In this document: positions 48,382-59,000 of the stretch, piece after piece
Position numbering within the stretch: position 1 is the first letter of the stretch
Layout of the letters: each line of letters opens with the position of its first letter
From: a virus
IMG/VR virus record: IMGVR_UViG_3300008117_004020
Location: 32,001-96,000 of that record
Strand: one strand, 5' to 3'
Length of the DNA: 64,000 nucleotides
The notes under the pieces: generated by a model
What the model saw: the letters and a program-made list of their open reading frames with translations, nothing else
The model's database searches: none
What the model was told of the DNA's origin: nothing
Program-made: the position numbers and the translations under genes

Positions 48382-51300
48382 TTATCGATTTAAAGATCCA
48401 TCTAAGTCTTGCACAGTAATAAATGTCTGTGGAGAGTTAGCTTTCAATGACTTAAGTTTAGTTTTATTTTGTCTTTCAGCTAGTGCTATTTGATTACCTA
48501 TGTAAGCGACAACACTTTCATTAACAGATCTAAAGCTATTAGTTGGAGGAAATAATATCACTTGATCAGCATCATCGCCAGCCAAAGATACAGGTTCATA
48601 TTCAATCTCGCCATTATCATTAATTACAGGCATTTTATATGTACCACTCACCTCATACCCTTCTCCTGTAGACAGCTTTCTTATTTTATATTCATAGCGA
48701 TCTTTAGCAAACTCAGGACTTGAGTAGTTCATATTCTCTTGAAAATATCTTTCTGTAATATTATACTCACCTGGAAGTGTGCCTGGGATCATTTTATTTG
48801 GGAGTCTTATTTCTTGCTGAGAAACTCTAAATACTAAACCATTTGCTTTAATCTTTTTTACAATTTCTTTCTCAGCTAGTATAGCATCATTATCATTTGT
48901 AGCAGTTGACTGAGTGGTTAACTCTGCAATTCTACCTTCTAAATATTTATCATTAAATCTAATAGTGTATCTATATCTATCATCTCCTTGTATACCAGTA
49001 AAAGGTTCATATAACACTTGATGTTGAGCACCAGATGTAGCGTGAGAATTTAAAAGATTACCAATTGCAGATCTAATTGCATTTTTTTGTTCATCATCTA
49101 TTTCATTATTACCGACTAATTTAGAATAATCTAATATTTGAGTTAAATTATCTTCAGGAAGCTTTGGCTGAGAAACTTCTTCACTACCTAATTTTAACAA
49201 TAATCCAATAGCTTTTTCAGCATTTTCACCTTGGAGATCAGGCATATCAGCTAATGTATATCCATAAAACTGAGCTAAATTATCTTTCTCACCAATCAAC
49301 TTTAAAGAATCTTGAGCAGGAAGTGAATTATTAAACTCTTCTATTATACTATCATAATTATTATCAATATACCTAAGTTTTTTAGCTTTAGCTGGATCTT
49401 TACGAGTAACAACATGTGTACTATAAGATATACCAAAGTCTCCTGGTGTTCTAATCTCCTCATCTTTTATCACTGAAGTAGCATCATTAATTTCTGCTTT
49501 TATTTCATCTCTAGTTTTAAATCTATAATTCCCATGGGAATCTTTAACTACTAAAAGCGGATCTACTATATTTTTACCTGGAGCAAGCAATTCATTAGAA
49601 ATCTTGTTAATATCATTATTTATTTTATCTAATTGATTTTTAGCATTGTCAATATTCTCTAAATCAAATGCCAGTTTTGACCACTCACTAAATGGCATAT
49701 TAGCTTTAGTGAGATTCATATTATCTGAAGCCTTACCAAATAAAAAACTATACATATTGGCATATGTAGGTGTCTTATCACCATCTTTACCTGCTAACCA
49801 CTTTTCAAACTCAGCGCCATATTTTTGTACAAATTTCTTTACAGGCAGTTCTGTATTGTCATCTTTGTAACCAATATCAGTTTTTGGATCAGTAATTAAC
49901 CCCTTGAACTTAAGATACTCAGGAGACTCTTTATTTAAATCACCAGAATTGCGTTTTAGTACATGCTGAATAACTGTATTAACTTCAGGAAATTCAGTTC
50001 TCAAAGCCCTCTCTATAAAAGACATAGAAGCAGCATCCACTGTACCCTCTAAAGATTTCCTATAAGTAGCCATTGTTCCAAGCAAACCTGATATAGATGT
50101 GTTTTTTGGAACGTTTCCTAATAAAGATTGCTGAGGAGTGTTAGCTTTTTGTAAATCTGTAGGTTCCCCAGGAGTTGTACCTTTTTTAGTAGTTTTAGTA
50201 CCAGTGGCAGGAATCATTGTTAATTGTCCTGTTTCTGGATCAAAACCAAATGTCATTCCTCCAGGTGTTCCAGCTGCATCAATTCGCATCTGAGCCATTC
50301 TCTCCCTACTCTCTCTATCTAACTTTTTCTCTTGAAGATCCAACCATGCAAAAAATGTCTCATCTTTTTTAACAGTGGACTGCTCTGTTCCATAAGAATA
50401 ACCCTTTACAATCTTATCTAAAGATTGACTATAAAGAGTTTCACTCCAATAGTTTTTACCAAGCCTAGTGTATTCACTTGCTGTCTTATCCAGGTCAAAC
50501 ATATTGAGTCTTTTCTCATAGTCCTCATATTGTTTCTTATAGAATAAAACATTTGCCCTATAACCTTTTGCATCTTCTGTATTAGGGATTTTACCATCTT
50601 TTGAGTTGGCTTTAAAATAAGTATCCCAAGCAGTGTTAGCCCTTTCATATGCTGATTTGTAATTCTGTAGCTCCTGAGTGTATAAATCTCTAGTCTTATT
50701 TGCTAAATCATATCCCAGTTCCTTCCTAGCATCAGTCTCAGATAACCCCTGTGCCATCTTTTCTTCAAGAGCGCGATCATATACTACTTCTCCCCATGCA
50801 TCAAAGTATTTCCTCTCATCACCTGTAATAAGACCATCTAAAAGATATTTAAGAGGTTGTTCAATTAATTTGCCGTTCACTCTCTCAAATATAGCACCTT
50901 TACCATCCCTAGTTTGTGAAATCACTTTTAACTTGTCAGAAGTAAGATATTTTTCTAACTTATCAACCAAATTAACACCAGGAACATAATACCTAGGCTT
51001 AACATTCATAATGCTACCATCCCCTCTTTTAGCTCTTCTGAGTTCTTTTAAAGGAAGAGTAACATACTCATCAGATATTGGAGAGTGCATAGCTCTTTTC
51101 TTAGCATCATCAGATGTTAAGAAAGACTGCCCCATTTGAAGCTGCTGTCCTGATATTTTTGTAATACCTATATCGTTTTGAAGTTCCTTATCATTAAAGA
51201 ATGGTTCAAACACATTCTCAGCCATACTAACATTCTGTGGGAGAGACAAATCTACATTAGGAAGATCTTTAAGATTGTTTTCTATATCTTTAAGATACTC

Positions 51301-51489
51301 TGCTTGTTTCTCAATATCCTGAGGATTTGTAGCCTTAGAGTTAAGTACGCTATTATATAATGACTTTAATCTTGTAAAACCTTGGTCATACCTTGACTGT
51401 TTTACCTGTAAAGCCTTGGAAATCAAATCAAAATCTGGTACAAACAGCTTTTGTTCGGGAAAGTAATCTGCGTTTAAATATGTTGCCAT
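48382..51489 (-). CDS. Virion internal/cargo protein
   Basis: 1035-aa helical ORF heading the vRNAP operon. Confidence 0.6.
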   Translation of the reverse strand: MATYLNADYFPEQKLFVPDFDLISKALQVKQSRYDQGFTRLKSLYNSVLNSKATNPQDIEKQAEYLKDIENNLKDLPNVDLSLPQNVSMAENVFEPFFNDKELQNDIGITKISGQQLQMGQSFLTSDDAKKRAMHSPISDEYVTLPLKELRRAKRGDGSIMNVKPRYYVPGVNLVDKLEKYLTSDKLKVISQTRDGKGAIFERVNGKLIEQPLKYLLDGLITGDERKYFDAWGEVVYDRALEEKMAQGLSETDARKELGYDLANKTRDLYTQELQNYKSAYERANTAWDTYFKANSKDGKIPNTEDAKGYRANVLFYKKQYEDYEKRLNMFDLDKTASEYTRLGKNYWSETLYSQSLDKIVKGYSYGTEQSTVKKDETFFAWLDLQEKKLDRESRERMAQMRIDAAGTPGGMTFGFDPETGQLTMIPATGTKTTKKGTTPGEPTDLQKANTPQQSLLGNVPKNTSISGLLGTMATYRKSLEGTVDAASMSFIERALRTEFPEVNTVIQHVLKRNSGDLNKESPEYLKFKGLITDPKTDIGYKDDNTELPVKKFVQKYGAEFEKWLAGKDGDKTPTYANMYSFLFGKASDNMNLTKANMPFSEWSKLAFDLENIDNAKNQLDKINNDINKISNELLAPGKNIVDPLLVVKDSHGNYRFKTRDEIKAEINDATSVIKDEEIRTPGDFGISYSTHVVTRKDPAKAKKLRYIDNNYDSIIEEFNNSLPAQDSLKLIGEKDNLAQFYGYTLADMPDLQGENAEKAIGLLLKLGSEEVSQPKLPEDNLTQILDYSKLVGNNEIDDEQKNAIRSAIGNLLNSHATSGAQHQVLYEPFTGIQGDDRYRYTIRFNDKYLEGRIAELTTQSTATNDNDAILAEKEIVKKIKANGLVFRVSQQEIRLPNKMIPGTLPGEYNITERYFQENMNYSSPEFAKDRYEYKIRKLSTGEGYEVSGTYKMPVINDNGEIEYEPVSLAGDDADQVILFPPTNSFRSVNESVVAYIGNQIALAERQNKTKLKSLKANSPQTFITVQDLDGSLNR

Positions 51490-51494
51490 AGTCT

Positions 51495-51510
51495 ATATAA
51501 TATAATATAC
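51495..51510 (-). promoter_or_regulatory. Putative late promoter GTATATTATATTATAT
   Basis: Identical to 12108-12123; ends 5 nt before ATG 51489. Confidence 0.65.
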
Positions 51511-51548
51511 AAAAAAATCTGGTAAGTTTAGAATTAAACTTATAATGT

Positions 51549-54500
51549 TTACCAACCTCCCACTCTATATTCTGGGATGTAACCACCTTGTTTTGATTGT
51601 CTTGGGTTGTTTGCATCAGCCATATTCATCATCATCATAGCTGCCATAGGATTCTTATTAAACATTATTTGCTGTAAATATAGCTTATCAAATGGATTAT
51701 TAGGATCCAATTTATTCTGAGTGATAAAGTTTCTATATTGAGCATATCCATCACCACCAAGTCCAGTACCAAAACCAAATGGGTTAGTATCAGCTACTGA
51801 ATACCCACTTCCTGGTTTAAAGTACATATTATAACTTAATGGGTCAAAAGCTGCCTGAGGATACATTTGATTCATTAAATACTGCTTGTTAGCATTAGCC
51901 ACCGTATTTATAAAAGCTGCTTTTTTTTGTGCAAACTTGTCCATATTAGATCTATCAACATTACTTATAAAAACAGCATTTTTATCAGCTAGCTGAGTAT
52001 TAGCAAGGGCTTCTTCTCTAGCAGCTTGATTGTAGATTTGATTATTCATTTGCTCATTAGCTGTAGCAAACTGAATGTTTTGTAATCCTGTATCTAATGT
52101 ATTCTTTTGAATCTCAGGAAGTAAACTAGCGTTCACTTGCATTTGTCTAGCAGCTCTAGTTTGAGGAGCTCCACCATACAAATCATTACCTGCCATTGCC
52201 ATAGCACCTTGAGACTGTAAAAGTCTATTATATGCATCTGTACTAATCTGCTTTGCATCAGTATACCTAGGTTGCCATTTAGCTTGATATGGAGGAACAT
52301 TTCTATAAGGATCATATTGAGCAGCAGCAAATCCTAATATATCTTCTTCAAATGGACGCTTTTGCAAAACCTGTGAATATGTACTATATACTCTTTTTTT
52401 GTCCTCCTCTTTCTTTTTTAAATCATAAGAAGAAGTTTTATCACCCTTATCTTTTTCTCCACTAGTACTTTCTGAAGTGCTCTCATCAGGAGTATCAAAT
52501 GTAGCATATAAATCAGGTGTTCCTTCTTTTCCTTTTGTACCTTCTAATGGTTGATAATACGTTTCCCAAAATCTTTTTACATCTTCTCTAGGAAGTACTA
52601 TTCTTCCTACACCAGGTTTATATGCTGTAATTTCTTCCCATGTTGCGCCTTTTTCTGCAAGAGCCTTAACCATTGGTCTCCAATCTCCTTTTCTGGAACT
52701 TCTTCTAGGAGTTACACCTAATGAACCTGGTTGTCCAGATATACCTTCTTGACCTTGTTGCCAATATAAATTAGGATAGTTATTAGGATCATAAGGAATA
52801 TATCCCTGTGGAATTTGAGTTTTATCTTTTACTTTGGTAGCTCTAATCTTCCTTCCATTGATATCAACATCCACTTCACCATCAGTTTGGAACTTATGTA
52901 GTCCACCATGCATCATCATTTCAGGAGATTCTTCTTCTTGTTCTTGTGGTTGCTGTGGAGCTGTCATTCCCAAAGCCTCACTCAATTCTTCCATATTTTT
53001 AGGAGGATTGGTTTGTATCACCTGAGCCAACAAGTCTCCCATACCCTGCATGCGCATAAGCTTCATCATAGCAGGCATAGCTAATGATGGAATATCATAC
53101 TCCTTACCCATCATACCCTTGGTCAATTCACCCCCTAATACAGCCTTAGACATATAATCCTGATAGACGCCAAACTTGTTCATAGCTGTAGATAGTTCAA
53201 ACTGGTCTGTAATACCACCACCTTGAGCAGTTTTAATAATTTCCGCCAGTCTATTGTAGTCTTTAGCATTCACCTTAGATCCTAACAGCTTAGCCCATGT
53301 ATTGTCTTTCTTTTTGTTAGACTCTACATCAAAACCCATCACTTCTTTTAAAAATGATGGAGCTGTGATATAATCACTCACTACATAAGACCCTGGTTCT
53401 ACATTAACAGGAACACCCCCTTGACTATGTTTTTTACCATTAACATCATAGACGCTCATGCCATCCTTAGCTATAATCATCTCACCTCCCTCCACTTCAA
53501 TGTTAGGATTGTCTTTTTCACTAGCTTTAGGATAGACAGATCTAATCTCTGAGTCAACAGGCGCTTCTTCAAAAGATTTAAAATCTCTTACACCTTGTCC
53601 TCTATAAAGACCATAGCCCATTTGATCACCCACTGTTCTACCTCCTTCAGCATATTGACGCTTATCAGAAGTACCTGTAATTCTTATTTTCATACTATTA
53701 GGATTATCTTGTAACATATTATCTTCTGGTATTTCTCCACCTTCTTCAAAATACCCTTGTTGTTTTAATTGATTATAGATCTTTCTATCCTCCCACTTAA
53801 CAAACTCTTCAAATACCTTTTTCTTTTGTTTTTCATTTAGTTGATTTAGCTTAATATCTGTACCTACCTCTTTCACTATATATGGGGTGGAACTAGTTTG
53901 TTGTTTGGGATTACCAGTGACCCATTTGTTTCTAGCTTCTGAAATAGAAAGATTATTATAAGCACTTCCAAATATCAAATCACGCATAGCCTTTAAGCCT
54001 GTTTCCATATCAGGGAATATTGCCACATGACCATTACCATCCTTTCTACCCTTTATTCCACCATACACCTTTGCAAAATCACCCTCTATATGTATATTAC
54101 CAGGATTATTATGATCCCAGTTAGATATATTAGTTTTATTACTCTTTTCTCCACTTACACCTTTAACATTAAACAAATGAGAAGGATCTACAAATTTACC
54201 TGTTGCATCTCTAAAAGTAAAATGTAAATGTGGACCAGTTGATATGCCACTATTGCCAGATAACGCCACCTGTTGACCTCTAGTCACCTTATCTCCAATA
54301 GTCACTGTATAATCATTTAGATGCGCAAACCCAGACTTTGAACCATCGTTATGCCTGATAATCAATTGTTTACCACCTTTATCATTACTATAAATATTCT
54401 CAACCACCCCATCCATAGGAGAATAAACAATACTATTTACTGGAGCAGCTAAATCAATTCCATTGTGACTAGATGAAGCTCCTTTTTTTGGTGACTTACG

Positions 54501-55478
54501 TGGACCAAATCCACTTGTAATTTTAAAGTCTTTTAGAGGCATTGCTATTTCTGAACTTGCACTAGCTGTAGATGAGGCCTCAGAGTCTATAGATGTAACA
54601 TCAGATTTATCAACTGGTTTAGTAGCAGCATCTTTAGATGAAGCATCTTGTGCTGGTGTTGGTGCTGTTGCACCACCCACTGGACCAGCATTTCCACCTG
54701 GATAATATCCTTGACTCATGTAACGCTCATAGTTCATATTACCTCCACTACCAGGCATATAGTCAGGATAGGGTGCTCCTTTCACTGTAGGAGGTATGTC
54801 AAATGGCACTAATGCTCCACGCTGTGCCATAAATCTATTACGAGAGTTATACAAAGACTCTGAGTAGTATGCAGGATATCCCATGTATTCTCTTACAGGT
54901 CTACCAGCAAATGGTGTAGGAGTGGTAATCATACCAGGTGTACCTACATTCATAAGCAAGTTGCCTCTCTCACCACCAGGAGCTGTTACAAAGTTTGCAG
55001 ACTGCCCTAGTTCCTTAGCATACTGGGTGTTGGTATTATAGTTATCTATACCCTGCATTAAATCTGAAAACATAGACATACCAGCATTAATCATTGATGG
55101 TAGAATATAATTAGACTGTCTAAATGTCTTTTTATTTTGTGCAGCAGTTTGATTTATAGCTCCAGGACCCCCTACTTTTTGACCCATAGGATTAGTTGTT
55201 CCAGTAATAGGTTGTCCTTTAGATCCTACACCTTGACCCATCCAAATTCTATTAGCTTCTAATTGTTCAGGATATATCCAATTCCCAGTCTCATCTTGAA
55301 CCATTCCAGCTGTTGGTGATGCAGAAGGCATCATATTACTAGGACGAGAAGGTATATTATCAATGTCTGGTATACAGTTACCAAATCCATCATCCATATA
55401 TCCTTGAGGGCAATCATTAAATAACCCTCTCATTTGAAACTTTGGTAGTCTTTTTTGACCTGTAATTTTAATACGCAT
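51549..55478 (-). CDS. Multidomain virion protein with M23 peptidase and lysozyme-like domain
   Basis: HNGIDLA...HLHF (M23); NNPGNI...FPDMETG; EVEGGE...GKKHSQGGV. Confidence 0.8.
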   Translation of the reverse strand: MRIKITGQKRLPKFQMRGLFNDCPQGYMDDGFGNCIPDIDNIPSRPSNMMPSASPTAGMVQDETGNWIYPEQLEANRIWMGQGVGSKGQPITGTTNPMGQKVGGPGAINQTAAQNKKTFRQSNYILPSMINAGMSMFSDLMQGIDNYNTNTQYAKELGQSANFVTAPGGERGNLLMNVGTPGMITTPTPFAGRPVREYMGYPAYYSESLYNSRNRFMAQRGALVPFDIPPTVKGAPYPDYMPGSGGNMNYERYMSQGYYPGGNAGPVGGATAPTPAQDASSKDAATKPVDKSDVTSIDSEASSTASASSEIAMPLKDFKITSGFGPRKSPKKGASSSHNGIDLAAPVNSIVYSPMDGVVENIYSNDKGGKQLIIRHNDGSKSGFAHLNDYTVTIGDKVTRGQQVALSGNSGISTGPHLHFTFRDATGKFVDPSHLFNVKGVSGEKSNKTNISNWDHNNPGNIHIEGDFAKVYGGIKGRKDGNGHVAIFPDMETGLKAMRDLIFGSAYNNLSISEARNKWVTGNPKQQTSSTPYIVKEVGTDIKLNQLNEKQKKKVFEEFVKWEDRKIYNQLKQQGYFEEGGEIPEDNMLQDNPNSMKIRITGTSDKRQYAEGGRTVGDQMGYGLYRGQGVRDFKSFEEAPVDSEIRSVYPKASEKDNPNIEVEGGEMIIAKDGMSVYDVNGKKHSQGGVPVNVEPGSYVVSDYITAPSFLKEVMGFDVESNKKKDNTWAKLLGSKVNAKDYNRLAEIIKTAQGGGITDQFELSTAMNKFGVYQDYMSKAVLGGELTKGMMGKEYDIPSLAMPAMMKLMRMQGMGDLLAQVIQTNPPKNMEELSEALGMTAPQQPQEQEEESPEMMMHGGLHKFQTDGEVDVDINGRKIRATKVKDKTQIPQGYIPYDPNNYPNLYWQQGQEGISGQPGSLGVTPRRSSRKGDWRPMVKALAEKGATWEEITAYKPGVGRIVLPREDVKRFWETYYQPLEGTKGKEGTPDLYATFDTPDESTSESTSGEKDKGDKTSSYDLKKKEEDKKRVYSTYSQVLQKRPFEEDILGFAAAQYDPYRNVPPYQAKWQPRYTDAKQISTDAYNRLLQSQGAMAMAGNDLYGGAPQTRAARQMQVNASLLPEIQKNTLDTGLQNIQFATANEQMNNQIYNQAAREEALANTQLADKNAVFISNVDRSNMDKFAQKKAAFINTVANANKQYLMNQMYPQAAFDPLSYNMYFKPGSGYSVADTNPFGFGTGLGGDGYAQYRNFITQNKLDPNNPFDKLYLQQIMFNKNPMAAMMMMNMADANNPRQSKQGGYIPEYRVGGW

Positions 55479-55489
55479 ACTATTTAAAA

Positions 55490-56065
55490 TTAATCAATTA
55501 TCTCAAATTTATAGCCTTCTGCTGTAAGTTTTTTTAGCATTTCTTCATTTACATCATTTAATACAGTACCTACAGTGAGACCACCCTCTTGCATATATTG
55601 CTTCATAGGGTTATTATCTGCATACAAAGATGGTGCTATTGTATACATATATGGTGAATTTGCATACGCTGGGATATTAACCTCTCCTTCATATTGATAA
55701 GAAGACATACCACCATCTCCAAACATAATATTCTGTGGAAAGTATCCTCCAAAGTTATACATAGCATTCCCTTCTTTCATATAGTTAGGAATATCACCAC
55801 CATGCCTATACCACATATTACCTGAGTTAGTTGATCCACCACCTCTGTATTGAGCACCTGTTTGTTGTTCTTGAATCATTGCTTGAACAGCCTGCCTAAT
55901 TTGCATTATAGCTTTTTGCTGATCTTTAGGATTCATCTCCTGAATTTGCTTAATAAGCTTTTCAGGTGTTGTATTAGAAGCTTTTGCATATAATGCGATC
56001 TCTTGCATTAATGTATCATCTGTCATGTCCCCATCTTGATTTTGAGGATAGTAGGATTTGTTCAT
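55490..56065 (-). CDS. Small protein composed largely of xxxGG motif repeats
   Basis: YRGGG, YRHGG, YNFGG, FGDGG, YQYEG, MQEGG. Confidence 0.7.
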   Translation of the reverse strand: MNKSYYPQNQDGDMTDDTLMQEIALYAKASNTTPEKLIKQIQEMNPKDQQKAIMQIRQAVQAMIQEQQTGAQYRGGGSTNSGNMWYRHGGDIPNYMKEGNAMYNFGGYFPQNIMFGDGGMSSYQYEGEVNIPAYANSPYMYTIAPSLYADNNPMKQYMQEGGLTVGTVLNDVNEEMLKKLTAEGYKFEIID

Positions 56066-56070
56066 TTGAT

Positions 56071-59000
56071 TTATTTTTTAATTTTCATGTTATAATAGTC
56101 CTTCAACAATCCACCCTCTTTCATAGATTTTTTAGATGGTTTGGAAACATAACCTCCATAATTATACTGTAGATTAGTATAATTAAGCATTTCACCAAGT
56201 GTTGGTTGGTATTCTTGAGGATTTTTTTGTTTAAACTCAACTCTTTTATCTTGATGAACATATGGGTTAAACTTATCTTTCTTTGCATAGTCAATACCAT
56301 ATTTAATGTCTTTAGTCACTCTTGGTCCTGTAGTTCTACTTAATTTATTATCAAGAGATATATATTTAGGATCTTTAATTATTTTACTTTCTGCAATTCT
56401 TTTTAAAGAATCTAATTTCTCAAATATATTCCATCTTTGTTGTGCAGCTTGTTCTGTATAATAACCTCCTTCACCTCTTGCTTTATCAAATAATTCACTA
56501 AGCTCTTTATTAAGTTTTTTTACTTCTGGTTTACTATTATAATAAATATCCATTTTATTATCATAATAGTTCTCACGCTCTCTATAATATTTTTCAGTGT
56601 CAGGGTGATAGTAAGTTCTACTAAACATAGCATCTAATACCCCTACCCTGCTGTCTCCATATGCAGGAGCATTAGGATTAATACCTAACCATGGACGATC
56701 AGGTCTATAATAGAAATTGCTCACTCTTGAAAAACTTGGGGGATTAGGATAGAAATTCTTAGGATCATTTACACCAACAAGATCATTAGTGGAACAACTT
56801 CCTAAATAACAATTAAAATCACCAGCTCTTCTTTGAGCTTGTTCTAATGCATCTCCCCATAAGTCATTAGGAATACCTGCATATCTTGAACCATGATGAC
56901 CTAATATATAAACTCTGTCATCTTTTGTAATCTTACCTAATGTAGGAACCACTTGTTTGTCAAAGTATTCTTTACCATATCCTGGCATAATAACTACTTC
57001 TTCATTGGGATAGTTTTTACCAATATATGTTTGTAAGTTTTTTGCTTCTTGTATAAAAGCAGAGGTTGTACGAGGACCAGGAAGACCTGCATTAGGGTCT
57101 TCAGGAAACACATAATGTTTTACTGTGCCTTTCTTTTGATACTTAGGTATTTTAGGAGCGAGTACAGGTATAGATATGTCTCCGCCACCTTGCATTATAT
57201 TACCACCATACTTTCTATCATAATATCCTGTAGTTCCAGTTCCTATACCTATAGGTCTACTCTGAAGCTCTTGCATAAACTGTGAACCTTCTTTCTCAGA
57301 TGGAAAATATTGAGATGCTCTTTTACCAGACTCATCCGTATAGTCTACTCTATAAGGAGTGCTCATATTAACTTTTCCTGATATATCTCCAGCTACCTGT
57401 CTAGTTAATGGAAGTATATTATACTCAGGAGCTTGAGATTCTCTTTCATTTTTAACAGCTCCACGTTTAGGATGTAAAGTAGCTTCTCTATAAATAACAG
57501 GTTGTTTTGGTTTATCGTAAACATATGTTCTTTTATGTCCACCAGTTCCACCACCTAGATCTACCCATTCATTTGAATATTTAACACCTGCAGGATATTG
57601 TTTTTGTTTTATAGCGTATTCCGCATTTTTGAAAAGTTCTTTAAATTTTGGATTTTTTTTAACACTTTCACGATATTTTTTTAAATTTTCTTTTCTTTCT
57701 TGTGCTGATTCTACATGATCATAATGTTCAACAAAACCAACAGCTGGATACCTTTGAAAGTTTACAGCACTATCACCATGAGCTTTCAATCTAGGATCAT
57801 TAGGATCATTTGTATATATAGGAGGAAGAGTCCCACCTTTTTGCATCATAGGATATTCATCTACATAATCTGCACCTGGAAAGTAATAGTCTTGACCAGG
57901 CTGCATAATAATTTTTTGACCTGTATTAGCATGCGCTTCTACAGGATAAGGTACTCCATCCATTGTAATACTAGGCGAAAATACTCTTGTATTTTTACCA
58001 GGATGAGCCCATTGACCTCTATCATCATTTATCACCTTCCCTTGTTTAGCCGTAGTTCCTAAAGATAGTTGATTTGCAGAACCTCCCCATTTTTTAGTTG
58101 GAAAAACTTCTTCAATAGGTTCTTTAACTTTTTCACTAGGTTTACTATCAAATAAATCATCTGCGTTAAAAACACCATTATAGCCTATACTATATTCAGG
58201 ATTTGGATCTGCATTCCATTTGTCTATATACTCTTGACGTTCTTTATTGGTTTTAAGGTTTATATTTTTTTTGCCAGTATCAGTATACATTGTCAATTCA
58301 TAAGGACTTTCTATTTTATCAGTTTTTAAATATTCTAATGGAGTAGTATTAATTTGTCCAAGCGATAAACTAGCAGCTGATTTACTTCCATCTTCTTCAG
58401 AGCTTTGGAAAGCTCTTGATCCACTAAATCTATCCTTAAGTTTTTTCCATGAATCATAATCCTTTACATATACTGTTTGCTGTTTACCTTGGTAATCTAC
58501 ATAATTAATAGCAAAAGAAGGATTGAATTCTACCTTTTGTTTAGCTTCTTGAAACTCAGGAGCATATTGAGTAGAAGCGGTGTCAACAAGATTACCTTTC
58601 TCATCATAATGTTTAGAGTCCACATGATAATCTGTAATAGCTACAGGATTAATTATTTGATTTCCACTTATTACAGAGGCTGACTGATCAACAAATTCAT
58701 CAACTGCTTTTGGATCATTTCCTTCTTTGATTAATTTGTCCTTATATTGTTGAGTAGTATGTCTAACTAAAGGTTGATTTTTATATTTAGTAACGCTTTT
58801 AGCAACTGATTTCTTATCTTTATAAGATTTATCAGATGTTGATAATGTAGGACGAGCATTATTTGCTGTAATTGTTTTTTCATTAAAACTATTAAGATCA
58901 TTTTCTTTTATACTAACTGCAGAGTTAATTGCTGCATTTGTACTATCACTAGCTAATTGATTCCTTCTATTAAAATCATTTATATCTGATGTAATATATG

